Position numbers and translations under genes: made by a program | Source: Catajapyx aquilonaris | Taxonomy: Eukaryota | Reading direction: 5' to 3' | Assembly (NCBI GenBank): GCA_000934665.2 | Contig: KZ538090.1 | Location: forward strand, 1 to 64,000 | DNA: 64,000 bases | The notes under the pieces: model-generated | Seen by the model: the letters and a program-made list of their open reading frames with translations, nothing else | The model's database searches: none | Told to the model about the DNA's origin: nothing | Part shown: one piece after another, positions 37,947-49,349 of the stretch | Layout: every line of letters begins with the position of its first letter | Position numbering within the stretch: the first letter of the stretch is position 1

Positions 37947-40020
37947 TTATGTAGGACCATCCTTGCTGTTGTTCTCGCAGGGGCAGCTGGCAACGTCTTT
38001 CTTTTCAGCTCCATAACCGGGTAGCCTGTGGCATGTCAGATCTGGAATGGTGGCTCCGTACATTGATAAAGGGTAAGTGGGCAAGACGCATATGTGGTCA
38101 ATGCGGGGCGGTGCATGCCGTTCCACCCTCAAGTACTGGTCTTTTGGGAACGCCCTGTTGAAATATACAGTATGAAGTGATGATGTAGTTACAGAATGCA
38201 AATATAATAAAATACATTCTATGTGTGCTTATACTGTACTACCAAAATTGTCCTAATACTTAAATCCATATTCTTATACAAGTTCCTGATCATAAAGAAT
38301 GTGTACATGATATTTTGTTAGCACTCTATTAATTTGAGCCTCTCAATTATTATCGGTTGATTGAATATTGTCACCATGACAACCCCTTTATCACAATTCC
38401 CTTCTCCAAACACAACTTTCACTATTTTACTGATTGAATCAATTGCTAATTGCAGTTTCAGCCTAGTCTAATATTGCAACAAAATGAGAGATTACCTGTG
38501 ACCAAGGTGGGTAGTTGACAAGTACACATCATCAGGGTCAAAGTCTTTCTTTCTTATTTGTCCATGCACGACATCTCTTGGGCGATAGCCTTTGTAGCTA
38601 AGGGGCCACACATCATACGGTCCTGCCAGTTTACCCTCTGCGATAACTGTCTCTGTCTCACAGGTCAAACCTGGCGTCCTATTCTCATATGCATCGCTGC
38701 CAATGATATGCAAACATTAATGTACTTTTTCTTCTCTGCACTGCTCTTATATTCAAGCACGATTTATAATTATCATTCTCTTTTAACATAATGCAAATTA
38801 AATAATATTTCAGACTGACACCTACTAATGCAAGTGTACAGTGGGATTAGATCACTCCCCTTTTGACACCAGCCTGCTTGTTCCCATACCCACTTTTCAA
38901 ATCTTTGCTACTATATTGTAAATTGCCATAGCATGTACCAGTAAGTCATTCTTTGAGGTCCTGATTTGATTGGACCCCACTTCAGCCAGTCAACCTTTTG
39001 GCCTGTAGTACGCATCTGGCGGTGTTCCCATTCTGTGCCCACCTGTTGCCACAATTCTGGACGGAGCCTGTACCTAGGTTCCCTCACTGTCACCTGTCAG
39101 GAGTCGTTGATTTAAAAAAAAAAAAAGTCAACGCAGACCTGATTTAAATGTGGAATGTCATACTTGTGGTGCAAAGTATTCCTGAGCCAATGCCTTGACA
39201 GGAGGTAAAACTGGACGGCTATGCAAGTGACCAGCATTATCAGTCATATACTGATATGAAGTGGTCCATTGGTGGGTCTTGACTGGGTCTTTGGGACACA
39301 CACATATCTTGGATTCAGGTGGGCAGCGTGAGTCTAGAGCACATTTCAGTTTAGCAATGCGGTCCAAGTACTATAAAAATAGGAAGATGGTCAGATGCAA
39401 TCACTGAACGGGAAACTCTTGATAAAATTTATTGCCACTATTTAACACATGACTTGACAAAATTTAACCAGACAAAAGCAACTTGCATCTAGGTACAAAG
39501 GTGGAACAGAGTGCAATGTAAACTGGTATAAAATTGCATTCTGCCCAAATCTTAAAATATCAGTACCAAAAATATGTAGTATAATAGGGGAAAATTTGTG
39601 TAATCAGTCGAATATCATGAACCTTGTTATTTGCCACAAACTCATTGGCTTATCATAGCAATCAAATTCTCACTCATCTGTATACAATATTACTAACTAC
39701 ATCTGCTGATAGGATAGGAATTGCTTAGTTTACAGGAAGAATATCCCAACCCAACAGCAGTACTGTACCTCCTGGTCAAGAGGCTCAAAGCAGCATGGAT
39801 TCTCAGGGCGAAACTCATCTATTTCCTCACACGGAAAGACCACAGCTGCCTGGTTGCAGTCAAAGTTTTGCGCAAGATCAGTTACTGTTGGAGGCTTGGG
39901 TAGTGGGGCGTCCCCTAGTGGTTCAGGCCCATGATCACAAATGCTCTGATTAATTTCTCTGGCTTGTTGACATTCCCCCAATTTTTCAGGTGAAGCCTCC
40001 TCACACAAGCCTCCTTCCAT
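37947..40020 (-). CDS. Uncharacterized 340-aa protein, 5 exons, with remote resemblance to SPATA48/SPMIP7 (sperm microtubule inner protein)
   Basis: Exons 40020-39769, 39370-39164, 39093-38939, 38696-38496 and 38154-37947 join in frame through GT-AG sites (1023 nt). AATAAA lies at 37898-37893. Segments include PRYRLRPELWQQVGTEWEHRQMR, PLSYKGYRP and STTHLGHRAFPKDQYLRVERHAPP. The gene model is solid; the family assignment is from memory only. Confidence 0.75.
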
Positions 40021-40070
40021 CTTCCTGAGCGTAGCAGTGTCCCTCCAACCACTGTTGACTATATGGTTGC

Positions 40071-42104
40071 CTAGTCTACGTTCAACACTGAATATTTGTT
40101 GCCAATAGGGCCAGCCCTTTCAGCCTTCTTTTTCTGGTTGGCTACACTGTTCTCCTTCATACTTTTTTCACACTTCTGCTGTATTTTTGGGGCAAGATTA
40201 GCGACAAATGTGTAAAGCCTCACAAAAATACTGTGGAGGCAAGAGGATTTACCCAGTAGACCCTCAATGTGTTTGTTAAAGTCCTTACATTTGTTTAAGG
40301 ATTCCACTGCATTGTAGAGGAAAGTTCCACTAAAAAATGCAGCTGGAGTTTGACTTTGAAATGGGTGACCCAGAAGCGAGTTAAGATATTCTGTTACTAG
40401 ATAGCATGTTTGAAACTGCGACATTTGGTGAGTGATGCTTGCATCAAATGGTGAGTGTATGGAGCGCATCATGCTCTGGATTTGCTGCAGTGGCCGTAGT
40501 TGTGATGCTGCAGCAAGACAATGCATTTCACATCCAACAAGCTGCAACCCATCTTGGGAGCACACTGACTTTTTTGAGGAACACACAACTGAACGCCAAA
40601 TGAGGCAGAGCAATAAAGCAGCCACCTCACAGCGAGTCACAAGGGGATCTGCATATCTTGCATAATAAAGCAGTGTACACAAAAATAAGCGTGATTCAGA
40701 GGAAAACTTGCCCAGGCACTGATATTCATGACTACTCATTCGCACTGAGGTGCAAAAAATTTGACTCCTCTCCTCATCACTGATCAACCTCAATTGGCTC
40801 AAATTAGCAAGTTTACACTCAGACTTAAGAAATAGTATGTGCTTTATCATGCCCATACCTTTGCGTAGGTAACATGTGACTACGCGCTTTTCAGCTGGCA
40901 AAAGAAGACCACAAAGTGACTCTAACAATGGTAAAACACCAGTATAGGCTGTGGGCATATTTCGAGATTCAACCTGGAGGCTGAGGATGGCCTTTTGGTG
41001 ACGCAAAATATCAAGCAGGGTGTGTTTCAATTGACCATGCATAAACTCCAAAAGAAACCAGTCAGGCACATCAGTTGCTGTGGAAGGAGGTGCACTGGCA
41101 TTCAAGCCCAGAATGGGAAGCAGTGGAGATGATTCCCTGTCGAAAGTCTCAGTGGCAGCCTTCACAAGTGAAAGTAAAAGCTTCTTATCTAGCACATATC
41201 TTGAAACCTGAAAGGAGAAACGAATAATTATTAAGGCCTTTCAGCATGGTGTCTAGTGACCAAGTGCAGACTTGCCTCTTCTAGTCATTCAGAATACCAG
41301 AATACTAACCTCCCTCACAGCTGAACCACTGGAGTGACTTGAGATCCATTTCATAGTCCCTCGAATCCGCCCCTGTGAACTGCATGATTCTGAAGAGTTT
41401 AAGATGTAAGCGTAAAACCTAGCAAACTCTTCTGGGCGTATGTAGTCATTTCCCAGAACAACACTAAGCACTGGCACCACCTTCAAGTCCATTTTGAACA
41501 TTGCCAACAGTTGACCAATTCGGAAAATTTGACAGTTAATCCCATTTTCTGATGGGATTATGCCGCGTACACTGAGTGTGTCCAGTGGGATGACATCAAC
41601 TCCAGCCAAGAAGAAATCTGAGTCATTGCTGAGAACAGGGCAGTTGAGGTACCGGGCCACTGCTGCAATTTCTTGGTCGGCTTCATTTTCACTCTGGGCA
41701 TATTTTATCCCCATATCATCCATAACCTTCATCAAGGTCATTTTAGCCAATGGAGGAGCAAATCCAGGCATGGTCCGGTTCTCCGGATGAGCACGGACAC
41801 TTGTTCGGATGCGCTCCTCAGTCCTCCTCAGCATAGTGGCCAACTTACGAAGTTCAAATGCACCATCAAAAATCACATAGCACTCAACATTACATGACTT
41901 GAAGCGGGTGAAGATGTCCCGTGAAATGCAACTGTATGCGTCATAGTCACCTCCAAACGCAGCATTGAGTGTCTCAGACCAAGGTAGGAGAACATGAAGG
42001 AAATTGAGGCCATCAATGATGCAGCTGCTGTCACGTAGAGTGTAGTTAGTCAGTAATGATTGCGAATGGCTCTGGACGAATGTGGTCAAGCCTGGGACTC
42101 CCAT
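40071..42104 (-). CDS. ASTE1: Asteroid homolog (ASTE1; XPG/FEN1-like PIN nuclease), paralog B; 2 coding exons, 643 aa
   Basis: Exons 42104-41310 and 41207-40071 (phase 0 intron). Motifs MGVPGLTTFV, IIDGLN, GGDYDAY, VIFDG, EADQEIAAVA..LNCPVLSNDSDF and LGNDY, plus C-terminal HQMSQFQ..LNSLLGHPF..FFSGTFLYN. An acceptor TTTTACAG just before the ATG implies a 5'UTR intron (candidate donor at 42902). Confidence 0.9.
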
Positions 42105-42193
42105 TTCTGTAAAAGGAAGCAAAATGTATAAAAACATGCCACCGTTCAGGCAACTATAATTGGCACATACCTCAGCAATGTCAATAAAATCTA

Positions 42194-42446
42194 CGAGGGG
42201 TTAGTCACTCGGGGAACACCGTGTACACTGCGAGTAGAGCACCACTACGGCGTTCCCCCGGTGTTCCAGAGGATTCTGGACTAATTATTGTGGGACAAGG
42301 GGGGTGCCGGCAACACACGGGAAATTACGACAGAAATTACCGGGGAGCACCTGCGGGAACACCGACAGAACACCTGAGAACACCAGGTAGTTGGAACACC
42401 AGTGTACACTTTTTGGTCTAGTGACTAACCTTGGACTAACCCCTCG
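42194..42446. mobile_element. MITE (253 bp) with 13-bp TIRs and 8-bp TSD
   Basis: TIR CGAGGGGTTAGTC / GACTAACCCCTCG; TSD AAAATCTA at 42186-42193 and 42447-42454; internal GAACACC repeats. Confidence 0.85.
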
Positions 42447-42981
42447 AAAATCTAATTCCAGACAATTACAATGCTGCCAATACCAGTGATATCACTAACT
42501 GCAGTAGAACATTTATATATTATTCTTATCAAATCAATTTCTTATCAGCTCCATGTAGTGATATAGCTACTTTATAAACATTAATTTTCCTGTTAGTGGG
42601 TTTTCCCCACTCCATGGGGAATCCCCCCACAAATAATGGCAAGCGTTTGTCATCACCACATCTCAGTGCCCACAAGTTTGCCTTCATTAGGCCTTGGAGT
42701 TCCCTTTATTCAGCATTACTTCAAAAATTGCAAATATCAAAATACTCAAACTTTTCATTATCATCTGGGTACAGTCAAACCCGAGCAGCGTTGCCAACCT
42801 ATACGGTAATTTACGCCTCTGTACGGTATACGGTAAAATCCCTTTTGTGTACTCAAAATAAAATAAAAATTAATATAATAAAATGATATCTGACGTGCTT
42901 ACAGTACAGGAGGATTCCGCTGTTTGTCAGTTACATTCACCCAAGCTTGTGCGACCTTGAACCAATTGTTTTTGTTTTTTT

Positions 42982-43733
42982 TTGCACCAACCAAAATTAC
43001 AGATCTGATAGCTCCTAATACCTAATGGATCATTAGCCCTTAACCACCAACGTGAATCTGCCATACATTGGCTACGACGTGGAGTATTTCAGGACTCCAC
43101 GCAGTTTTCATTGGTTAAAAAAATTTGACTTAGTAGCACTAAAGCCATTCTTCCCCTCTAAATTCGGCCTGTATTCTCATCCGTAAGTGTAAAAAAAATC
43201 GATCTCCTGTGACCATTAGTTGAGTCATAAGGGACCTGAGACTCCGTTATCGCACCTTCTTAGCCTTCCAGTTCAATGCCATAAGTAATGGCTTATAACG
43301 TAAACATTCCCAGCTGCAGGGTCTGCAAGATTTTAGTTCCGAGCATTATTGCTGGATAACAACACTTACACTTTATAAAATATAATTTTGCTGTGATGTG
43401 TTCTCTAAAAAATTATGCGCATCGGCTACGACGTGGGGTATATCTGGACCCCACAGGGACGCTTAGCAGCATAAAGGTACCAGTAACTCTGCAAAAAAAA
43501 AATCTACTGATGTAAAAAAAAATCCTTGGATCGAAGAAAGTGTGTCGGAGGAATATAGGCCTGCCATTTTTCATTTCACACAAAATTTATTAATCGTGAT
43601 GGTATTAGCTACACTGTGGGGTACAAAAATACCCCACGTTGGTGGTTACGGGTTAGGAACCCTTTTAATGTGTGCTAACAATCCATCAGGAGCTATGGAA
43701 TCAGTAATTTCATTAGTGCAAACAGGCATAGGA
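42982..43733. mobile_element. Palindromic MITE of about 130 bp, split by the piggyBac-like insertion
   Basis: 42982-43036 joined to 43657-43733 aligns to the reverse complement of the uninterrupted copy at 46128-46266 (TTGCACCAACCAAAATTA..GATCTGATAGCTC ... GGAGCTAT.GAATC.GTAATTTCATT.GTGCAA). Confidence 0.75.
43037..43652. mobile_element. Non-autonomous piggyBac-like element (616 bp) with TTAG TSDs
   Basis: TIRs CCCTTAACCACCAACGTG / CACGTTGGTGGTTACGGG (17/18 match), flanked by TTAG at 43033-43036 and 43653-43656. CCC...GGG termini are typical of piggyBac. Confidence 0.8.
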
Positions 43734-44097
43734 ATAGAAGCAGTTTGCAGTACACACATGCTAAGAACAAAATGACACAATAAATGCAGCATCATTTAAT
43801 GTCTTTATTACAATACTCCAAAAACTATGCACTGCATTAAGTGGCTTGACAAATGCACAAGGCTGAATGCAAATTACCACCTCAAAATTGATTTCACCCA
43901 GGAATTGTACAATGTATTCTCGAGTGCATGCCTTCATTGCTTAGAATATTATTTTCGCAATTTTTGAACACATTTAACACATTAAACTGAGAAAAATGCA
44001 ATCATCTTCATTAAAATCATTACCTATATTTAGAGTAAGAAAGTGAGTTCCCCTTATTTTTCCCAGTGATCTGATAGAGAGTAAATGTGACTTTTTT

Positions 44098-44362
44098 CAC
44101 TGTCAAAAGGTTGTGGAGGGGAACGTTATAAAAACTAATATTTTCACTTGAATAACAAGAATCACAAACACTGCACATACCAGATCTAAACAAGTAGCCT
44201 TCCAAACTATCTCCCATCAGCTGTAATTTATAGTCATAAGTTACAGCTGATGTGACATTTTTGGAAGGCTATTTTTTTAGATCTGCAAATGTTTGTGATT
44301 TATGTTATTAAGTGAAATTATTTGTTTTTTACAATGTTCCCACCCACTACCTTTTGACAGTG
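44098..44362. repeat. Long imperfect inverted repeat / hairpin MITE (265 bp) with CACTG termini
   Basis: CACTGTCAAAAGG...CATCAGCTGTAA(TTTATAGTCATAAG)TTACAGCTGATG...CCTTTTGACAGTG; the arms match along nearly their whole length. Confidence 0.85.
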
Positions 44363-44565
44363 TGTTGGAAAGCACCAATACTTAATGTGCTTCTACATGA
44401 CTCCGATCCCTTTTAAATTCCTGTTATTATTTGTTATTATTTGGTAAATGGAACCAGTTTCAGACACAAAAAAGATTACCATACCACACTTTTTTTAAAG
44501 GTGGCCAGACATTCCCAAACATATTAAGGTAAACAACCTGAAAAATTGTCACAATTTACATAACC

Positions 44566-47247
44566 CTACTGTGCCCTTGCCAAAACTGAAAAACGATTGG
44601 ACTCTTCTTCATATTCCAGTTCTTCGCTTGAACTTATCTCCACCTCATTGATTTCAACTGGCACTTCTTTTTTCTGCACCCTCTTCTTTTTCTTTCTATG
44701 CTTCATTTTCATTTTGTCCAGATCATCAGGACTCAAATCTTTTACACACTGCACAAAATACGAATGCAACTCTGTTCCCTTCCCAAGAAGATGCTCTATG
44801 TATGCATGTGGATTAGGCCTACGCAACAACTCACAGATCAGCCTGTAATATAAGGAGCCATGAAACACACACGTAGGGTCGGTGTTCAAATATGGGCATC
44901 CTAAGAGTAAGTTCAAGTTGTGTAGGTGGTAAAATGTGGCTTGTAGTTGTGAATACGCATGGAAGGCGGTTATGTTTATGACTGAGTGATTCCTGTCCCA
45001 CTTGTTTTCCACTTGAAATAAAGGCTGAAGATTTTTTAGAGCATTCTGAGACTCAGTTCGCGCACACTGTGTGTTTCTAAGGACAGATCTATGTTTCCTT
45101 ACTGCTTGTTGTGAAAACATGCAAAATACAGCTGCAACAAGTTGATATTCATTTGGCTTAGTAGTACTTAACCAATGTAACAACGAGACTGCAAACATTT
45201 GGAGATCATCACAAAGTGACCTGATCAAATGCAGATTTTCTGGGCTTAGATGAAGCACTGACTCAAGAAACCCCCTTCTCTCCTTAACTGTCATTCTTCT
45301 CATGGCATGCAAACCTGGAACACTTCCAAATTCTGGCACATGGTCAGATGGCATCAGTTTTATACACATGTATGATCTTTGCTTGCGGACATAGCATTTA
45401 ACTTGTGATGAATCAAGTATTCCACAAGTAACCCGCAAGACTGGCAGACAATGAGTGTGAGAACTTTGCCAAGATACCTCCTCAATTTGACACAGTAAAA
45501 GTATGAATCCACGATGCAACACATCCATGCAGATTGATGGGATTTTGAATTGATGAAGTTCTTCCCAAAACCATTCCGGCAATGATGTATCACACACACT
45601 GCCTTCACACTCCGATTCAGCTTCATCATCCTCACTATCAGATGATTCAGACTCAGAAGCCTCTCCTTCTTCAAGGTCTTCTACATCTTCGCCCTCAGTT
45701 TCAACACCACCATCATCACTCCTATCTTCTTCCTCACATGTTTCAAGGGTGTCAGTCAAATCCTCCGGTACCGTCACATACTCGGTGTCAATCTTGACTC
45801 CCAAATATGGTGCCAAATTTGTGTGGGAGCTAAGATACCACTTGACTGAACTGTAGATCAATGCAGCTATGCTTTTCCTCTGCTCTTTCTTGGCACATCG
45901 TAATATCTGTGGAAAAACAAAATTTCAAATGTATCAACTGCGGTGTTCCAATTGAAGTTTGCATAGTGGTTCACAATGCTTGCATTAAGCTGCTTATTTT
46001 CATGCAGCTACTTTTGGGGATAACAAAAACCTGTTAAGATTTGACTGAATTAATAAATTTTTTCAAACAAATGCAGGGTTTAATAAGTACCGTAACGTTA
46101 GGTGCCAATTGGTTACAGTCGGCACACTCTAATGCCCGATTGCACCAATGAAATTACCGATTCTATAGCTCCTAACAGATCATTAGCACATGTTAAAAGA
46201 TCCATGTTAATAATCCATTATGAGCTATCAGATCGATAATTTTGGTTGGTGCAATCAAGCATAAGAATAGCAACTGGGGTGGAGATGAATTTCCCCCAGC
46301 TTCTCCACAACTCCCACCATTACGCGTACACTTATATGATCTTGCCTATCCCCACCAACTGGACAATCTTCCCATATCTTAAAAATATACAGCCAGGTGG
46401 TGGTAAAACAATGCTGCACGAGACTTTCATCACTATCCTTACAGTGAGCCAACTGTATACATGCAGGCAAATAAGATATCCTCAATGGATAGGAACATAA
46501 TTGAAATCTGTGGTCTGGACCAATTCTTCCATTATAACTATCCCAGCTGTTTTGATAACCACAACGACTGACTCCTAAATCATGAGCAGCTTACTGCAAA
46601 AAATCGCTAACAACAAACAATTCCATAGAACATGCTAGGTTGCATTTAAAGTCTGTAGCTAGGTCAATTGCCATTAATTTCCTTTCCTTATTGTTAAGCA
46701 AGTCAAAACAAAATCATAATTAAGTGACACGAATACAGGCCAATGTTCATTTTTCCTGAAGCGGTATTTTGCGTAGTGCAAGGAACTACATGAAAATAAC
46801 AGCTTCTGGTGAAAGTTCTAATTATAAGGTTTGTAAGACTTGGAATACACTGCATTTGTTGCATGTCACAGCTGTCAAAGTTGAAAACCCATCTCTTTAA
46901 TTCCACAAATAAAATAAAACCTTTTGATGCTAACTCTTGAAAACATTACATCCCTTAATACCATAGTCTAGGAACATGTTTTGTTTTGGTGAATAGAGCA
47001 AACTATTCATGTTGCAGATGCATTCTAAATGAACACATGCAAGGTTTTTGTCTTCCTCCAGTAATAAAGCTTATGGGCAATCACAACTTTTCTGATTTGT
47101 GTGCTTTGTTCCCATGAATGACGTAATACCTTCATCACCAATGGCACAATCTGAGAAGAACATGTGCCAAAGCAGTATGACTCTTAATTCAATAACCAAA
47201 ATTCTTTGGTGACAATTAGGATTGGCAACAGAATATCCTTATATGAG

Positions 47248-47303
<56 letters not shown>

Positions 47304-48298
47304 GTTGTTGTTATTATTATTATTGCAACTTTAAAATGTGCATTGTGTTTCAGATATTAACATGGCCTCACGATGGAAACGTAATAGTGATTTCTCTACT
47401 CATTGACAGATGACACCCAATTTTTTAAAAATGGAAGTCGGGTGAAAATATGAAAACCCATTCCTAGTTATGATTGCAACTGCTTTTTTCCAAATAAGAT
47501 ATGTAATGCTCTTACCAATTTGACTGCAGATGCTAGCGTCCTGTTCTGAAAACACCGGAACAACCCTATAATCCTTCTGTGCTGCTCATTCAGGGCATGT
47601 AGTCCTCTCTTGGGCACATTGCGGTACAACGTCTGACATATTTCACGTGGCATCTGATCATTTCCTGCCATGGTGGCCACCAGTGGCAGAAGCGAGGCAT
47701 CCACGCCACCAAAGTAGTCCAGCAGGCGCTTCATGCGGTACACTTCACACTTCAGAAAGGTAGAGCCATCTTCTCTCTGACTGACTTGACGATCAAGGCT
47801 CTTCAGCAGGATAACTTCTACATTGAAGATGCAGAAGTCCGAGTCATTGCTCATTACAGCACAGTTCAACCCCCGTGCAAGTGCCACAATTTCTCTGTCT
47901 GCATCTAGGCTGCACTGGGCCACTGGCACTTTCATCTCTTTCAGTGTATCCACAAAGACAATCCGAGTCAACAATGGCATGACATAGCGAACCTTTCCCT
48001 TTGACTTTGATTTCGTCACACACACGAGCTTTTTCCTAAGCCTCTGCCTCTTGATCTGTGTGGATCCATCCATCACAACATAAGGAGTGACTCCACACTC
48101 CTTCAAGCGGGTAAAGAACTTTTTGACTTTGGAAGCGTAGACGTGGTAGTCACCTCCACATGCAGCAACGGGTGTGTTGCACAGCTGATACATCAGGTTG
48201 GATCCATCTATTACGACACTGCAGTTGCAGAGAGAATGACGGCAGAGGAGCCTCTTGCGATACCGCTTGATTAGACTTGACAGACCCAACACCCCCAT
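44566..48298 (-). CDS. ASTE1: Asteroid homolog (ASTE1; PIN nuclease), paralog A; 2 coding exons, 707 aa
   Basis: Exons 48298-47516 and 45906-44566 (phase 0, same position as in paralog B). Motifs MGVLGLSSLI, VVIDGSN, GGDYHVY, VVMDG, DADREIVALA..LNCAVMSNDSDF and AGNDQ, an acidic linker, and HAYSQLQ..LNLLLGCPY..VFHGSLYY. Confidence 0.9.
46128..46266. mobile_element. Palindromic MITE, intact copy, in the asteroid-A intron
   Basis: Self-complementary ends ATGCCCGATTGCACCAATGAAATTA / TAATTTTGGTTGGTGCAATCAAGCAT; a second copy lies at 42982-43733. Confidence 0.7.
47250..47324. repeat. (TAT)n/(TGT)n microsatellite
   Basis: Directly visible trinucleotide run in the asteroid-A intron. Confidence 0.95.
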
Positions 48299-48970
48299 CC
48301 TCAGTTTGTGACCTTACGACGGCAGCTGCAACAAAGCAGGCCCCTGCTTTCGCATGGCGAGGGGCACTGAAGAGATTGTGCACATGTACTACAAACAGCA
48401 TATCAAATTCACAGAACACATGTTCCCAGCACATTACACCAGAAATAATGACCACAACTAAACTACGTTTCATGATTATCAGTAGCCTACATCGGAGGTG
48501 AACACGTTTCATACCTACGCATAGATGGTCTGGTAGCTTCTCAAGGGCCAGGGGCGGATCCAGAAGGAGCCCTAGCCGGCCACGCCGCTGAATATAGCCT
48601 AGGTAGCGGCTACAACCAGAGAGGCTTGCCACCCACTAGCCACTACCACACGAAAGAGAAAAAGAAAGAAGGTCGTGAAAGGGGCGTAGCAAGGTGGAAG
48701 GAGGCGCGTCCGAAAAGAACTGGCTGGAGTCCCCCTGGCGGAGATTGTTGCGCAATTCGGACGCGCCTTCCATCTCCATCTCAACAGAGGCGCAACATAC
48801 GAAGGAAACGCGCCGCTTATTTTTCTTCGGGGTTCCTCGCCGAGACGAGGACCTCTGCCTTCCCGTGCTTTAAGGGAAGGTCGGTCGGCAGGAGAGGATT
48901 TATTCTGGGTAGGTCCCCCCTGAGACGTGGCTCTGACCTTAAGAGAGTTGGGCGGGGCTAAAGTCACGGC

Positions 48971-49302
48971 CAGGGCCGGCCCTAGGTGGGTGCGGGGCCT
49001 AGGGCAAGAACTAAATGCGGGGCCTATTCTCAGTGAGTGAATTTCTGTACAACACGAATTGCGTATCCAACAATTTTGTTTGTTGGCTGACTTTCTATAA
49101 TAACGTACAACTGAGGGGCGTAGACAGAAAATTTTAGGGTGCGGGCCCATAAGCAGTAGAGGGAGGAGAGCAAGCCCGCCGCAGGCGGAATTTTTGTTGA
49201 AGTTCAAGGTCACACGAGCTTAGTTGAATGTAGTAGATTTGAATGGGTGTGTATTGATGAAATACTCGTTCAAAATGTCATTAACTCTTGACTTATTTTA
49301 TG

Positions 49303-49349
<47 letters not shown>

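Noticed and set aside
48549..48590. Collapsed hAT element starting CAGGGGCGGATCCAG
   Set aside because: One TIR-like end only, a poor partner and no TSD.
48150..49213. 160-aa and 204-aa minus-strand ORFs upstream of asteroid-A
   Set aside because: They run through GC-rich promoter and MITE sequence, show no recognisable domain, and one overlaps asteroid out of frame.
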